A stretch of 64,000 nucleotides of DNA from Azolla caroliniana (GCA_043228905.1 JBHGNT010000004.1:4588001-4652000), one strand, 5' to 3'; positions 23,577 through 38,269 are shown, numbered from the stretch's first letter. Numbers and translations: made by a program. Notes: generated by a model not told the origin, from the sequence alone.

Positions 23577-25026
23577 ATTGCAGCTCGTAAATTTTGGATA
23601 CAAGAGGGCATTAGTGAAAGGAGATTAGCTAAATTTGGGAAAATGATATGGCATGACAGCGGTGACTACAAGATAATGATGTGCTTATGGCATATTGTGC
23701 ATAGAGCCTTGCCAGTAGGGGCGTGGGCTAAAGGCCCCAATGTAGACCCAAGATGTAGTGCATGTGGACAACTAGAAAGCATTTCCCATTGTCTTTGAGA
23801 ATGTCATGAGGCTACGGTTGTATGGAGAAGGGCATTACGATTGCTTTGCCATGCCTCTAGCTCATTTACCCTCAATTGGGGACATGCTTGTTGGAATTGT
23901 CTTGATGATGACGTAGAGAAATTTGATAGCACATGTACAACTATGTATAGAGGGGAGAATGGAACTATTCGAGTGATCGCTGGTAACAGTGCACCTAGAA
24001 GTAATGCCCAGAAGCAGAAAATTGTAGATCTATGGATGTTGCTAGCACCCATTATCATATGGAACATTTGGACCGCAAGATGTACCAGGGTATTTTCAGC
24101 AAACAAACGGCCTCCGGCAGAATCTATTAAGCTAATATGGCACATGCTAATAACTACATTGAGGGCCCAATATGAGCGGATTGATAGAACAGATGATGCT
24201 TCAGATTTAATGAGGCTGAAATTCAGAAAACGATGGTGTACTACACCGATGGCTACAGAAATTGGAGTGGATATACAATGGCAGTACGTAGTACCGAGAT
24301 GGTTGTTCCCCCCTCCCATTAGATGATAGAGGGGCGTGAATGACACAACAAACATGGGGAACAAACATGTGGGCTATTTAGTGTAAGATAAATAAGTGAT
24401 GTAGTCCATATGGAAGTAGGTAATGTCTAAAGTTGTGTATTGTATGTCCTTTTAACTAATGGAGTATATTCTTCTTTGGAAAATAAAAATAAAAATATGA
24501 TGCAATGCATCTATTTGCTAATGTATAGATGACATATGATTGAAGGTGTAAAATAAGAAGACTAGTCATAAAGACAATAAATCAAAATAAATTGTGCAAC
24601 TATTTTCAATGAAAAGATTTCATTCTACAATAATGTCTTATTGACATAAAAATGGAATATGTAATTCCACAAAAAAAGGCTTTAGAAAACTTCTCACATG
24701 ATGCTTATACGATAGATTGATTTTGGTTGTTATAATTAATAGTATGTGAAATACTACAAGCTTTATATAGTACACAAGTTTCTTTGTTCAAGATATTAGG
24801 TAACAAGTTTATTATGCAACATAATGCAAAAAGTTATCCATACTATGTTGCCCATTCATTGAATTCAAAGCGTTATTAGTGATCAATGTAGATAATAAGT
24901 ATCAAAATAGTGCTCTTACTGTAATAAAGATTATAATATCATGACTTTTATGAGTAAAGACATCTTTTTCATGCAGTGGACTACATGTCCCTGAACATTT
25001 TATCACTATTTTAGGTTTCTCTCAAT

Positions 25027-25776
25027 TGTTTCCAAAACATTTCCAATTTGTGATTGAAAGTAGTGATAAACAAACATACAAAAATAGTGATCTACCTCTA
25101 TAGTACTCATACCATGTTTGCCCATTCATTCAATTCACAACTTGATTAGTATCAATGTTGATAATAAGCATCAAAATAGTGCTCTTAGTGCATTAAAAAT
25201 AATATTATCATGAATTTTATGAGTAAAGAGATATTGTTTTGTGCAATGGACTACATGTCTCCAACCAGTTTATCAGTGATCGCTATTGTAGGTTTCTCTC
25301 AATCGTTTCCAAAACATTTCCAATTTATGATTGAAGTAGAGATAAACAGACATAATAAAATAGTACATGAAGACTTTTGTGGACAAAAGCCGCAACATAA
25401 GTGTTTCCAAAACATTTCCAATTTGTGATTGAAAGTAGTGATAAACAAACATACAAAAATAGTGATCTACCTCTATAGTACTCATACCATGTTTGCCCAT
25501 TCATTCAATTCACAACTTGATTAGTATCAATGTTGATAATAAGCATCAAAATAGTGCTCTTAGTGCATTAAAAATAATATTATCATGAATTTTATGAGTA
25601 AAGAGATATTGTTTTGTGCAATGGACTACATGTCTCCAAACAGTTTATCAGTGATCGCTATTGTAGGTTTCTCTCAATCGTTTCCAAAACATTTCCAATT
25701 TATGATTGAAGTAGAGATAAACAGACATAATAAAATAGTACATGAAGACTTTTTGTGGACAAAAGCTGCAACATAA
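25027..25776. repeat. Recent 375-bp tandem duplication (2 copies) with an older diverged partial copy at about 24845-25060
   Basis: 25027-25401 and 25402-25776 are near-identical; spurious ORFs at 25210 and 25585 are offset by 375 bp. Confidence 0.9.
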
Positions 25777-27285
25777 GGTTTTTATTTGATAATTCTTGTG
25801 CTCTTTGTTGGAATGTTGAAAATCTATAATGTAAGGAAGACAACTATGGAGAAGTTGGAATTGAATGGACATGTGCATTAGGATTATAGACACTACGCAT
25901 TTGCATGGTACAATTATTTAGTATAGGAATCATACTACTCTTGAATATTATATATATGCAGTTTCTATAAACTTTTAAGCTATATGTTTGCAATAGCAAC
26001 AAATCCATTGTCCAACATTGTAGTTTTAATGTATGGAATGTTTTCGGTATAGATATCAACATATCAACAATGTTTCTTGGGATTTGATAAAACCTATTTA
26101 AGCATGTAGTGCAAAACCTCTCATTCAATTATTGCATGTTGAAGTGATAATTGTCTTTAGTCAAATATCCATTATTGGGTAAAAGTCTTTATTGGACCAA
26201 TATACACCTAAGTGGTAATCCCACTTCGTTATAACATGCTTTGTAGTCCACCATGATCCATTCTTGTGAGGTAACTTCTTTAAATAAGAAGCAATTCCCA
26301 TAGAAAAGAAATCTTAAGTTTAACATATTCAAAAAGTGAAAGTCTCTATATTAATTTTGAACATTTCTTTAGAGGCTAACAAATACATCCACACATGTAT
26401 GAATGCAATTTGGGGACTATGTGCAAATGTAATTATATCAACAATGAAAATGTTTCCAATGGTTTAATTAAAGGCATCAACCAATAAGCACATGTACATG
26501 GAGAGAATGAGCTAATTTTCAATCTATATATGAGTCCCCTCCCTCAAGGCATATCTTTAACTTATTTTGACATTGTTGATGCTATAGCATTATTGGCTAT
26601 GATTGTAAAGTTAAAAGGAGATGCACGTTAATTGAAAAACCGACAAGTGAATGGAAGATATTTCATTATAAGCATTTGCCCATCATGACATGCATGTAAG
26701 GGGAGAGAACCATTCATGCAACTTGAAATGAAACTTTGCTTAGTGGAGATTGGTCAATGTGTTTGAGTGTGATGTGAGTGCATATGTATGTACGTGGAGA
26801 AATTACGACAATACATTGTTGCCATGTGGTGCATTATTGCTAAATGAGAATGAAACAAAAGGGACAATGATGTGGATAAGATGCCAAGTGATAATAATAG
26901 AGTCAATGGAGACCTATGATTGACATTTTAGAGATACACACAAAGAGAAGCGAATTTTCTACTTGGTAATGTGTAGAACACTTGTATTTAGGTAGCAATG
27001 TAGGTAGTGTCAATGGTAGAGAGAGAGAGAGAGAGTTGATGTACAAGTGTGATTGGTAGAGATATGTGATATGACTATAAATGGGAAAGAAAGAGAAAAC
27101 CATTGTGATAAAGGTTGGGGATAAGCATTTGAACCATGGATACCAAGGCAGTATATGTTGAGAGAGAGTGAGAGAGATTATAACAAGGGTATTGAATATG
27201 CATTTGCAAAAGTCTTGGCACACAAACCATGTTGTAGATAGAGATAGGTTATTGATTAAAAACTTAAGTACACATAGGTTGAATA

Positions 27286-27789
27286 TTATTGGATGATGCC
27301 ACAATTAACAATGCGGACTTCCTTCTTAGGCTTACCATTGGGGGTACCTATGGAATCCATGCTTTTTAGCACATCAAAGCCATGAAGGAGGCGACCAAAT
27401 ACAACATGGCGTCCATCAAGCCATGGTGCAGGTGCCATAGTAATAAAGAATTGTGAATTGTTGCTATTACGACCAGAGTTGGCCATGGATAGGACACCAG
27501 CAACATCATGTGAAAGTGCAAAGCTTTCGTCGGCAAAGCGGCGCCCGTAGATGGACTCTCCTCCCGTGCCATCCCCACGTATGAAATCTCCACCATGACA
27601 CATAAAACCTGGTATTATTCGATGGAATTTGGAGTTTTTGTAGCCAAGCCGCCCATAACCCTCACAAAGTCGTCGAAAATTTGTGGCAGTCAATGGTGTT
27701 TTGTCCATATAAAGCTCAAATTCCATCCTTCTCGTAACCTCTCCACCTATGCTTATGTCCATAAAAACTCGTGGATTGTTACTCGCCAT
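27286..27789 (-). CDS. Intronless single-domain cyclophilin (peptidyl-prolyl cis-trans isomerase), divergent
   Basis: 167-aa ORF with NPRVF.D, FHRIIPGFMC.GGDF, GTGGESIYG, LSMAN.G, SQFFIT and WLDGRHVVFG. TATA-like CATATAAG lies about 50 bp upstream. Functionality uncertain. Confidence 0.9.
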   Translation of the reverse strand: MASNNPRVFMDISIGGEVTRRMEFELYMDKTPLTATNFRRLCEGYGRLGYKNSKFHRIIPGFMCHGGDFIRGDGTGGESIYGRRFADESFALSHDVAGVLSMANSGRNSNNSQFFITMAPAPWLDGRHVVFGRLLHGFDVLKSMDSIGTPNGKPKKEVRIVNCGIIQ

Positions 27790-28929
27790 AAGACCTTACC
27801 TTAGACACTACGAACCTCACACAATCAATTTTCCCACTCTTATATGCACACCCTGACTAGGCCTATGATAACTTCTCTAAGTTCTTCTTGTGTTAAAAGT
27901 GATGATTATTTGCTCTCACTTGGTTTCTTGGTTTGCTACTACATTCACTCTGTAATTACATGTCACACTCTTGGCCTTTTATACTAATAACCCCATCCCC
28001 TTTCTACAATCGCCCATATGTCGAAAAGTTACTCTCGCCATCCTTTCCTACTTGGCCATTATTATCCTTATCCTTGGTCCCACCCCTTTATCAATCCACC
28101 ATCCTCTTGCCCATGTGACATTGATCCATTGGATTCTCTCCTACCTTTGCATAATTGTCTTGACTTGATTTGCCATCATGACCCCAAAATATGGTTAGGC
28201 TACTCCCACACTAACTTTTCTAATTATTCCTTGAGAACCATCATCATGGTAAAGACAAAACCCTCTTGGGGAAGTATACTAAAGAAAACCATATGGGTAG
28301 TTGATGACCTTATATGCACATTATTTGTGACTAGGATCACACCACATATTTTGAGATTAGGCACAAGATTTTCCAACATGTATTGCATTTGAATCATATG
28401 GCAAGGAATAACGAATTTTCAATCCGAACAACCATGTATTTAGATAACAAACTTCCAACTTATTTCGGAACAATGACCACTTAAATATAACTATACAAGA
28501 TAATGGCAATCTTTACAATTATAAGGAAGATACAAAGACCACTTTGGATTATTCAAACCAAATATTCTTGTTGTGAAATTAATCACTTTGAATAACATTA
28601 TTGAAATCATGAAAGTATAATGATTTATGACCCAAGTTCAATGATAAATGACATAACTAACCACGTTTTTCAATGTTTAAAAGACCATTGAACTTGTTGG
28701 TGGCCTTGGTTGCAAAGTAATCATATCACATGCACACATACACACATATCATAAATGTGTATGATTAGTTTGCAATATGCCATGAGGTGTACCATGTATC
28801 TTATCATAGAATCTTATTGCTAATCAATCAAGCCACCAAGCTATATGACTAATCTTGTTGTTGTCTCATAGGCCACCTCTATCCTCTATGGAGATGTTAA
28901 AAACACTTATTCTTCTGTATACTACATTC

Positions 28930-31200
28930 TATATGTTAAACCTTATTATAACGTTCAATTGCCTTCTCTTTCTTTTAATAAGAATTGTTTTACTAGTATT
29001 ACCTAAATAGGAGGTGAAACCACACAACACAACAATGAGAAATGTACAAAGTGTCCATTGGACAATAAAAGTTCTTTGAATTAGTAAACAATGCATGTTT
29101 GAAGTGGGATGCCCCGTGGTTGTAGACAATAAAATATATATTTCTTGAGGGATTGGTTACAGAAATCATGCAATCTCGAATAAAGGCCTTACAGTTGCAA
29201 GCCATGCAATCTCGAGCAAACGTGATGCACAAACTCATTGTATAAATGCTTTGGTGATCGAAGAGGTTTGTAGTAAGTGTAAGGTTGTTTCTAATTATCT
29301 GCCACAATGCAACAATGCTATCTTTTTCTTTTGAAGATTCAACCCAATTGGAAATACGCCTAATGACCATCTCCATAATGATGCCCTTTGGTCAAGTGGA
29401 AGACCAAACCACCATGCGCCTATAACTTATAACATGTTTTTCCACCAAGACCTCGCTTTGTGTATATATTACAAACCATTTGCTTGTTCTTGAAACCATG
29501 AGGGGTTTAGTTACCTATACATTGACTATGTTTTATTCTTGTGTGTTGAAATAATTGTACTTCTCTTTTTCAACATCCAATCACAAATAATGTAATCTCT
29601 ATCATCTTTTGAAATCAAATTTTCACAGACCCTTGGGATTGATCATTCTGGCAACAAAAGTTAAAAATCGTTGAGAATTGAAAGTGCCTATTGGCCTTGG
29701 TTGTTTGTAAGAGAGAATAATTGTATCCTTGAGATAGTCATCGACCATAGTTCTTATTAAAGTAGACATTCTGGTTCTCGAACCATGGAACTATGAAATG
29801 ATTTGTCCACATAATATATTAAGTGGATAGTTGTAGAGCAAATACTTGTAAAAAACAATTTGATGCGGCAATATATAATCTCACTAGACTAATAGTTTAT
29901 AGTATTAAGGTCTATATTGTGGTGCAACATCAATAACATTAAATTCTATGTAATGTTGCATTGAGGTCAAATCATCTTGAACTGATTGTGTGGGCAACTA
30001 ATACATTGTTGGCCATATGTAGATGAGCATCCACATGCATTAGACATATGGGTACTAATATGGGTTTACATTAGACATGATTATACTTCAAACTTGATGG
30101 TGGACACAAATGTTCAAAATCAATAGCATTGCATTGAAAATATAGTCATACTCAAGCTTTAAATTTGAAGTCTAAGTATGGGTTTGGAAACACAAAATAC
30201 CACATTTACAACTCTTAGACATGTCAAACATAACATTTGCACACAAGCATAGGTGTCTTTCTAACATGCAAACTGCGATGGTTGATGAGCAAAACTTTAA
30301 TGATACATTGCCATGCAAAACCAAGCCCTTAGTTTCCCTTATACTCGACTTTCCACTTCAAATACACTATTTTGCAAAGAAACATGTTTGATTTCCTGCT
30401 TTATCATCCACATAATTGTTTGTCAGTTTCTTTGTTATTACTTCTCATGTAATAGAATTATTGATGAGATCCTAGCTAAGAGGTCAATCCCTAATATTCA
30501 AAGTCATTTATCATGAGTTACAAGCATGAATCTTATTTGCCAATAATAACAATTCGTCTTTTCTTGTGTGTGTTGTTATGCCAAGGTATTAGGGAAAACA
30601 AATATTGCAAGAAGGAGAAAACCGGGATTGTGTATATTTAGTAAAAATTAGGATAGAAGGTATTTGATCATCACAAAAGGATTGTGTGGATTCTACCACT
30701 TTCTTGTTGGTAAAGATGTGGGAGGGAGAATATGAACTACACAAAATAGCAATAATAAACAAAATCCTCAATGTTTGGGATAACCTAAGGTATGGTAGCT
30801 ATATATGGAATGAATCTCCAACGAGACCTTTGGAACTATGTTGGTATGCATTTGTGTCAATGAAATAAGACAAGAAATCATGAAACTAGAAGATGTTGGT
30901 ATGCATTTGTGCCATTGGCTTATTTTTGTGATTTTTCCATGGGGAGATTGAGAATATACATTTGCAAGAATTTTTCTATGATTTGTTTTCACATGGAGTT
31001 TATTTACGATTTAGGATCATTATGACACTTGGGAATTTGTGCTCGTAATGCATATATGTATGTAGTTCCTCTATTTTGTTGCATGAGATGTTGCCTCCCA
31101 AAACTTCAATTTCATCTTGTGTTAAACTAGATGTACAATGTATAGATGCACTATCTATGAATGGGGTTGTCTTATGTTTAAATAGATATGCATTGATTCT
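28930..31200 (-). mobile_element. Highly decayed L1-type LINE ORF2 remnant
   Basis: Manual minus-strand translation gives ISLTQMHTNIVPKV (RT-like), HMANNVLVA and ASLWRWSLGVFPIGLNL...CGR*LETTLHLL (zf-RVT-like) in ORF2 order, with many stops. Confidence 0.5.
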
Positions 31201-33230
31201 CATTACGATTATCTTTTATTCACATTAATGATTATCTAATATAGCATACAAAACTAGAAAAGTAATAAGAAAAGTAATAAGAAAAGTAGAGTTTTCGATG
31301 TTGTAAATTTGTTATGCACGCATCGTCTTGCTAGCTATAAAAACAAGAAATTAATTATGTACTAAAGCATGACAATATTTTATCCTGCGCCAATGTTTGA
31401 TCTTACATTATTACAATCCTAAACTTCAAATTTATAAATTGTTTACTTCTCAATGTTTTGACGATTCATGTATCAAGCAATTTGCTTGATATTTTGTACG
31501 TTATAGAAACATGTTCTTTATGACTATATGGTGTATTTGCCATAAAAACTCTTCATTGTTTCAATTTCAAACCATGCTCACTACTCAAAACAATATGTGA
31601 AACTATTGTCTTTTTACGTCGTATAAAATACTTTTAAGCAATCCTATAAACTATTGCTTTCTAAATGCCAAACGTTTATTTATAATATGGGAAAATTTCA
31701 GAAACACGCTTGTAATAATGCCGTCTTCTTTGTAGTCGTAGAAATAGTGGCTGACTAACATCAACATTGGTCAAAATTTAAGGAATGCTCATGTAACTTA
31801 TGTTTTAACACTCCAACAAAGTTAATTTGTCTTTAATCGAATAATCTATTAATATAAACTCTCCACTTATCACTTGTTAATCCAACTGAAACTCGTTTTC
31901 ACTTACTTAATCACTTCGCAATCTACTTGTACCTTTATGATGACCCAAAAAATAAAGCATTATTCACATGTCTTTGAGTGATTCCCTTAGTTTCATCCAA
32001 ATTGCAAAATTCAAATGTGTAATAAAAAAGATGGCATGATGTTAAATTCTAAATTTCAAATGTTTAAACATGGGTACACTTTGTGCTATTTTCTGACATT
32101 AATGTTGTGGGTTCGAACACTATGGAGTATGTTGTTGAGATTGATTTTCATTATAACTATAAGAATTGGTTTCACTTGAAATTATTTACACTTCCATTTT
32201 TACTAGTTTACTCATAGCTAAATGCCTTTACAATATTGATATTTCGTTCCTCAATGGAAGGGTTTAACACTATGATTAATCTACCAATCATATAATAAGA
32301 GGACATGAAAGTTCACTGAAAGGCTGAAATCGGAGGGTGACCAACATGTGTTGTCCATGACTATGCACATGTCTTTGGTCACCCATGCACAATTGTTTCT
32401 ATTGGAGATTAAGATGTTTTTCATGAATATATTGGGATGGATAGTTGTCTCACAAATCTAAACATGAGCAGGCAAGCAAGGAAGCAAACAATATCATTGA
32501 TTGCAAGAAACTCGTTGTATCTAGACACATATTCCTTGTCCACAAAAAAAAAACTACGCAAAATTGGTTAGTACTTGTCTGTCATATATTTTGCTTCCAT
32601 CTACGGATTTCCTCCACTGGCAAAGACAACAAGAAAACTAACCCCCAACCATACTTGTTTCTCACAGGCAATGATTTTAGTGCCACATAAATTGGATTCA
32701 TATTAGTGCCACCACGTTAATTTACACTGGATAATCGTAACCATTTCGGAAGTGGGAAGAGAAAAGACTAAACCCAAAAGCTAGGGAGCCCGACAAGTAT
32801 AGAAATTTGGTGGCTTGATGTGGTTGTGGTCATTCGAGATCTCTCCGAAGCCGACTACCAGTGCCTTCGGGAGCCACTTTGTTCATCATCTTTTGGTAGT
32901 TGTTAATCTTTGGCGGCAAGTTTATGTGTGTGATCTGGCCTAGACAATAACCGGTGGACATTGGTAGTGCATGGACCTAGTCGAGAAGAGAAGAAGTGTG
33001 GCATTCTTCTGACCAAGAGTCACTCACACCCCAAATTTGCCCTTGCAATCCGCTTAGGTGACCATTGGTCGATGGTGCCACGCGAATGAAAACAACATGG
33101 GAATAGGCCCGAGAAACTGCTACCCAGCCCGGGCGGCTCCTTCCGACCAATACGTTTATGCCACATCAGCATGTAGGTCCGAGCGCCGGAATAGACAATG
33201 TCGGGTCCAAGGCGGGCCTATGTCCCACTT

Positions 33231-33272
33231 AACACGTGTCACGGCCCCAGCCATGGAGCGTACGCCACGTGT
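33231..33272 (+). promoter_or_regulatory. Paired G-box/ABRE-like elements upstream of the DUF2358 gene
   Basis: AACACGTGTC (33231) and GCCACGTGTC (about 33263), 75-115 bp before the ATG. Confidence 0.5.
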
Positions 33273-33344
33273 CCATGGAATAAAATGCCAATATGCAGGA
33301 GGAGGCAGAGTGTGTCGAAGATATATATATATATATGTATTTTT

Positions 33345-34950
33345 ATGGCCATGGCGATGGCGATGGCACAGAGCTCCCCTGTGCCGATAGGGTTAGGGTT
33401 TCGTAACGCCAATCTTTCCATTCAGTCTCCTGTTTCCTCACGACGCAACGTGAATCTAACCCGCAAATCCTCGCGGAGCCCCGTGATCGTATGTTGCGCA
33501 GAGAAACCTCAGAGCAGGATCAGTAGATCTACATCGACTTCAACTTCTGGGACTTCTGCCGTCAATGACGGTGATGATGAGAGAGGAAACATTATTCTCC
33601 GAGCAGCATGGTATGGAGCAGAGGCTCTAGGGAACATCGTCTCTGCTTTCAGCCCCAAGAATCCTGCCGTAACTCTCTCTGATGCTTCTGATGCTTCTGA
33701 TTCTTTCCAAGGGCCTCTCGCCCGCGATTTCGTTGTTCAGGCAATCAAAGATGACTATGAGAAAGGCTACTTTGTCACAGGTTGGTTTTGTTTTCTGTCT
33801 GTGAATAGTTTTGGTCTGCTAATGTTTAGTATGTTATGGTCGATATGTTTGAGCTTGCCTATTAGAAATGGTTGTCGAGGGAGTTGGGGTCCAACCAAAA
33901 TCATAAAAGTTGTGTGATAAATTCCTTAACCATTTGTGGTTTTTCTGACATAAGTTCCTTGTTAGCTCAATACATCAAAAGGGAACTTTGCCGATTATAG
34001 TAAAGAAACAATTTCCAAACTTTGTGTAACTTTTTTGATAGTCTGTCATTGTTAAGTTTGTGCAATGAATTTGTTCATAATGATCTTCATTTTGTAGTTG
34101 TGAGTTTCGGGTTTATATATTTGTATATTTATTCAACTGAAGTAATTATGTCTTTGACTCTTAATGTGTTTCATGTATTGTTGCTCACCCAAGAATCTTA
34201 AAAGGCAAGGTCAATGTCACCTTTATGCTCTACGATTTTGAGAAATGGGAAACACTTCCATTATGATGCACAAATCAAGATCAAAGTATGACTGAAGTTC
34301 CATTTGCTCGTCCTTCATAGGAAATGTGTCGGGCGGAGTTTATGAAGAAGATTGTGAGTTTGCAGATCCAGCGGGTTCCTTTAAAAGTCTAAAGCGTTTC
34401 AAGAACAACTGTAGCAACTTCGGAGCTTTGTTAGAGAAGTCAGATGTAAAACTTGTCAAATGGGAAGAACTAAATGTGAGTCCTATTTAGTATTGATCCT
34501 TCCCTTTCTCTAGTAACTAAGTGCAGTAGGTCAATGACTTCATCTCAATGAAAAGAACTTGATTTTCTACACAGGATAAGTTTATCGCTTACTGGAGGTT
34601 CAGTTGTGTGTTGAAGTTTCCATGGAGGCCTATCCTGTCTTGTAAGACACGAAATTTTCAAATGTGTAGAAGTGTATCGATAAAGAAAAATATGCATGTA
34701 AAACACTTCTAACAGAAACAAGAATATTGAATTCTCATTATTGCAGCCACCGGCTTCACCGAATACTATTTTGATCAAGACTCTGGTAGAATATGCAGGT
34801 AAGAAAAGGTATATATACACACTTTACCTGCATTGTTTTTGAGATTTTGAATTGTTGTTGATGTATAGGCATGCGGAGAATTGGGATGTGCCGAAGATGG
34901 TTTTGTTGGGTCAGGTCTTTAAGCCTAATCCTAGATTCAAGCTGATGTAG
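33345..34950 (+). CDS. DUF2358 / SnoaL-NTF2-like protein with probable plastid transit peptide, 263 aa; exons 33345-33780, 34321-34475, 34575-34641, 34747-34798, 34869-34950
   Basis: All introns are GT-AG and phases close (792 nt). Spliced product has YFVTG...YEEDCEFADPAGSFK.L.RFK.NC.NFG, WRFSC.LKFPWRPILS.TG.TEYYFD..SGRICRH.E.W.VP. N-terminus is Ser/Arg-rich. Confidence 0.92.
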
Positions 34951-36524
34951 CCAGAACATGGGCATCTCTTATTAAGGTTGAAGCTCAAAGTTTATCTCTT
35001 TTGTACACATTATATTTCTATGTATATAATTTGTATGTCACACTTTTATTTCACATGAACATCTTTGTAGAGGAGTTATCTGATGTTTCTGTGAAGATTA
35101 TAGTTGGCTCATACTTCTCGCACCGTAGCATCCAATTAAAAACTTGCCAGCCAAAAACTTTCAATCAATGTATGATTATTTCTCTACTCAGCCCATTTTG
35201 AGTATATCTTTAACACAATGAAGTGTCAAGAGTTTATAATCACCATCATTTTTAGCCAATGTCAAGTTAATGGAAGGAACAAAAGCGACATAATAAGAAC
35301 AGCCTTCAAAAGGTATTGTTGATGCCAGTAATTGGTACATGCAACTTCCTGATATCCATTCTTGGGAATTGGGAATAAGAAGCCTAATAAACATTCTCAT
35401 AGATGTATATGTAATGCCATTTTAACAAATCCAAGCAAGTAATAGATTATAAATCTAACTTTCTCTTTTTCTATCTATGATTGACTATGTGATGAACTCG
35501 GTGGCATTATAGTTATGGACAATCATTTGGAGATAACTTTATTTTTCGACTTTAGAAAGAGGATATATTAGAATGGAGTAAACCAAACTCATTATTCATG
35601 GTTTATATATACCCTATGGTAGTAATGCTACACACAAAAATGTTCAATCCAATGTGAGATTATTGATTACAATACTAAGTCAATCTATTTAAATGATGCA
35701 TAATCACCTCTAATAATGCATCAAATAGGTCTCAGATCGTATCTCATTCTGAAACTTATTGTGTGGAAAAAATCCATAATGGTGCAATAATAGAATACAA
35801 ACTTGACACTTTCAAGAAGCCAATTATTTGTGGACAAAGAAATGCTTTTTGGTTAAATGCATGCCTTCGGAAGGAGGCCATAACCATAGCTCAAGAAAGG
35901 ATGGCTTGATAAGGAATGCCAATAACAACAAGTATTTATTGCTTTAGATATAGTCAAAACACAGGCTAAAGTGTGTACAAGCATGCAAAAAACTTACTTT
36001 AAAAAAGGACAATTTCCTCAAACTCAATAGAAAGCATATGCGTGCATGTGATACCATAAATGTTGCATGCAAATGTGTGGCTCAACCATCCAACATGTGA
36101 TGTGTGATCACACAAGTAGTAGATGCATGTGTTGTTATGCACATATATCAAAATTCCAAACGCATGATATTCGAAATTTATAATCTTAACGATTATGATA
36201 TATCATATTATTATACATAATAAATTTGTAACTTCCTATATATATAATATTATAAAATGTCACCACCTTGTAGAAGCCAATGTATGATCTCCAAGTGGCT
36301 TGTTCGCATGAATTCAAGTGGCAACCATGGATTCTTGTGTGGTGGAGAGCATGCATATGTCCAAACTATGTTATGTAAGTGTTAAGAGTCTTTTACTAAT
36401 CAATAGACCAAATTAAAGTAAAAGAGAGGTGAATAGATTGGACAAAAGAACTCATTCCTCCTTACCACCCCTGAGCTATGATCAAGACATAGTCATCCTA
36501 CCACTAACGTACCATACTGACGGA

Positions 36525-37985
36525 TGTTAGGATGACTAGTACCTTGGAATAGGTAACATGATTGTTTCGAACAAAGCCTTGCCCACACCGCCAGTGTCTC
36601 AAGACATTAGCCAAGACATTAGCCTTCCTACATAAAGTTCTTTGAGGGTAGCGAGGGCTCATATTTATACCTCTTCCTAGGTCCCTCGAATAGACCATCC
36701 ATTCATTGGTTGTCAAGATGATTATAGTGCATGCACCTATCATTCCTTCTATCCAATCACATTAGTTCCTTTCTAACATTAGTGAACATACCATTCACTT
36801 TAGTAAATATCAATGATCTACCCTCGCGCAATCAAGTATTAATGGCCTATTCTAGCTCAACGCTAGTCTTCAACATGTTCTTGTATCTCTTGTTCTTATT
36901 ATTAATACATTGTCAATCTCCTCTTATTTCTCTCTCATTTCTCACCTCGCATTCTCTTCTTCGGTTCAATCTTGTTATTGGTTATTAAGTTAATAGTTTG
37001 AAATGGAATAAACCCTTCTTGATTCTTTTTTTTTCTGATGAACTTCTCACCCTACCGTCTTATAACCATGGTAGAACAAGCATACATGTGCATGCTCACT
37101 TATTTAGAACGCTTAACAACCAAGGTCATAGAGCCCTGGAACAAGAGAATTGAAGGCTTCTCAAGGATTTACAACAAATGAATGTTGAGAAAGCTCAACA
37201 ACATGAGGAATTAATTAATAGGGTCCACCAACTTGAAGTGGTACTAGTAACTTTGCGACAACAAGCTTTGTGAACGCTACATTGTACAACATTTGTCATA
37301 GTCATAGATGGTCAACCTATTGTTTCTAGAGAGATAATTGAAGAGTCTAAGCCAGTTCGTGTAGTTCTTGGCGACCTAGCATCTGTGATTTTATTAAATA
37401 TAACCCATAGCCTAAGAATCCACTTGTCCTCTCGGTCTACCTTGGTTTGAGCTTCACAATTTGATTGATTAGAGAAAAGGAGCTATCCTAAATTTTTAGA
37501 AATAACACATATTTGAATCCCCGATTGCTTCAAACTTAAGTCTATTGTATCATGAGATCTCAACAATTTATCTATAAACGTTAGACAAAGAGGTATAGAA
37601 AGAAGAAATGTTTATGTTTGTTATAATAAAAATGTCAACCTTGACTCCACAAAGGTTATATATCTTACTTCCAAGCAAGTATCAAGAATTCAAAGCTATT
37701 TTCAATAAAGAGAAGGCTAGTATGCTCCAAAAATATCAACCTAGCAAGTTACAATTGTCCTATCAATCTTCAACCTGGGAAAGATTCTTCATGGAGATCA
37801 ATTTATAATTTAGTGCAATTCAAGATCAATGTTGTTTGAGACTATATTAATGGGAATTGGCCCATGACTTCATTCGACATTCGAAACCTCTTCATGGTAC
37901 CCTAATCTTCTTTGTTAAGAATAAGATGGCTCACTTTGCTTAGTCATAGATATGTCATGTCGAGGCTTAAACTAGGTCATAGTTT
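36525..37985 (+). mobile_element. Old, deleted relative of the chromovirus at 18.2 kb (LTR remnant, gag start, protease and RT fragments)
   Basis: 37130-37240 encodes ALEQEN.RLLKDLQQ...QQHEEL...QLE, matching the gag start at 18766. VIDGQPI.S.EIIEES, GLPWFELHN and FIRHSK remnants follow. The left boundary is uncertain. Confidence 0.75.
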
Positions 37986-38095
37986 GGAGGCAAATCTCAA
38001 CTCTATTGAAGCGCTTAAGTGGAGGCAAATACTTTACAAAGTTGATCATTGAGGTGCTTATAATCAAGCTTAAATTCGTTCAAGTGATGATAGCT

Positions 38096-38138
<43 letters not shown>

Positions 38139-38269
38139 CGTCCATAGAGAGACCAATATTGACCCATGGGACCTAAGTACAAAAGTTTTCTTGATGTGTG
38201 CCTCCTTCCTAAGAAGGGATATTCATACTTCAAATCACCAAGTCTTGATGTGTACATATAAGGCATACA

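Larger units (their letters stand above)
17990..24497 (+). mobile_element. 3' fragment of an L1-type LINE, split by the chromovirus
   Basis: LSWDP...FFRYNMKIGRQII (18012-18253) continues after the insertion as LWHIVHRALPVGAW...CSACGQLESISHCL and IWNIWTARCTRVF. A-rich tail near 24480-24497. Confidence 0.8.

Noticed and set aside
24600-32400. Endogenous giant-virus island around the cyclophilin
   Set aside because: No viral hallmark genes recognised; readable remnants at 28.9-31.2 kb fit a LINE, and the cyclophilin has plant-type residues. 24.6-26.5 kb remains unassigned.
33198-33344. Longer N-terminus for the DUF2358 gene from the ORF track
   Set aside because: It runs through G-boxes and a (TA)n tract typical of promoter/leader; the ATG at 33345 starts a transit-peptide-like sequence.
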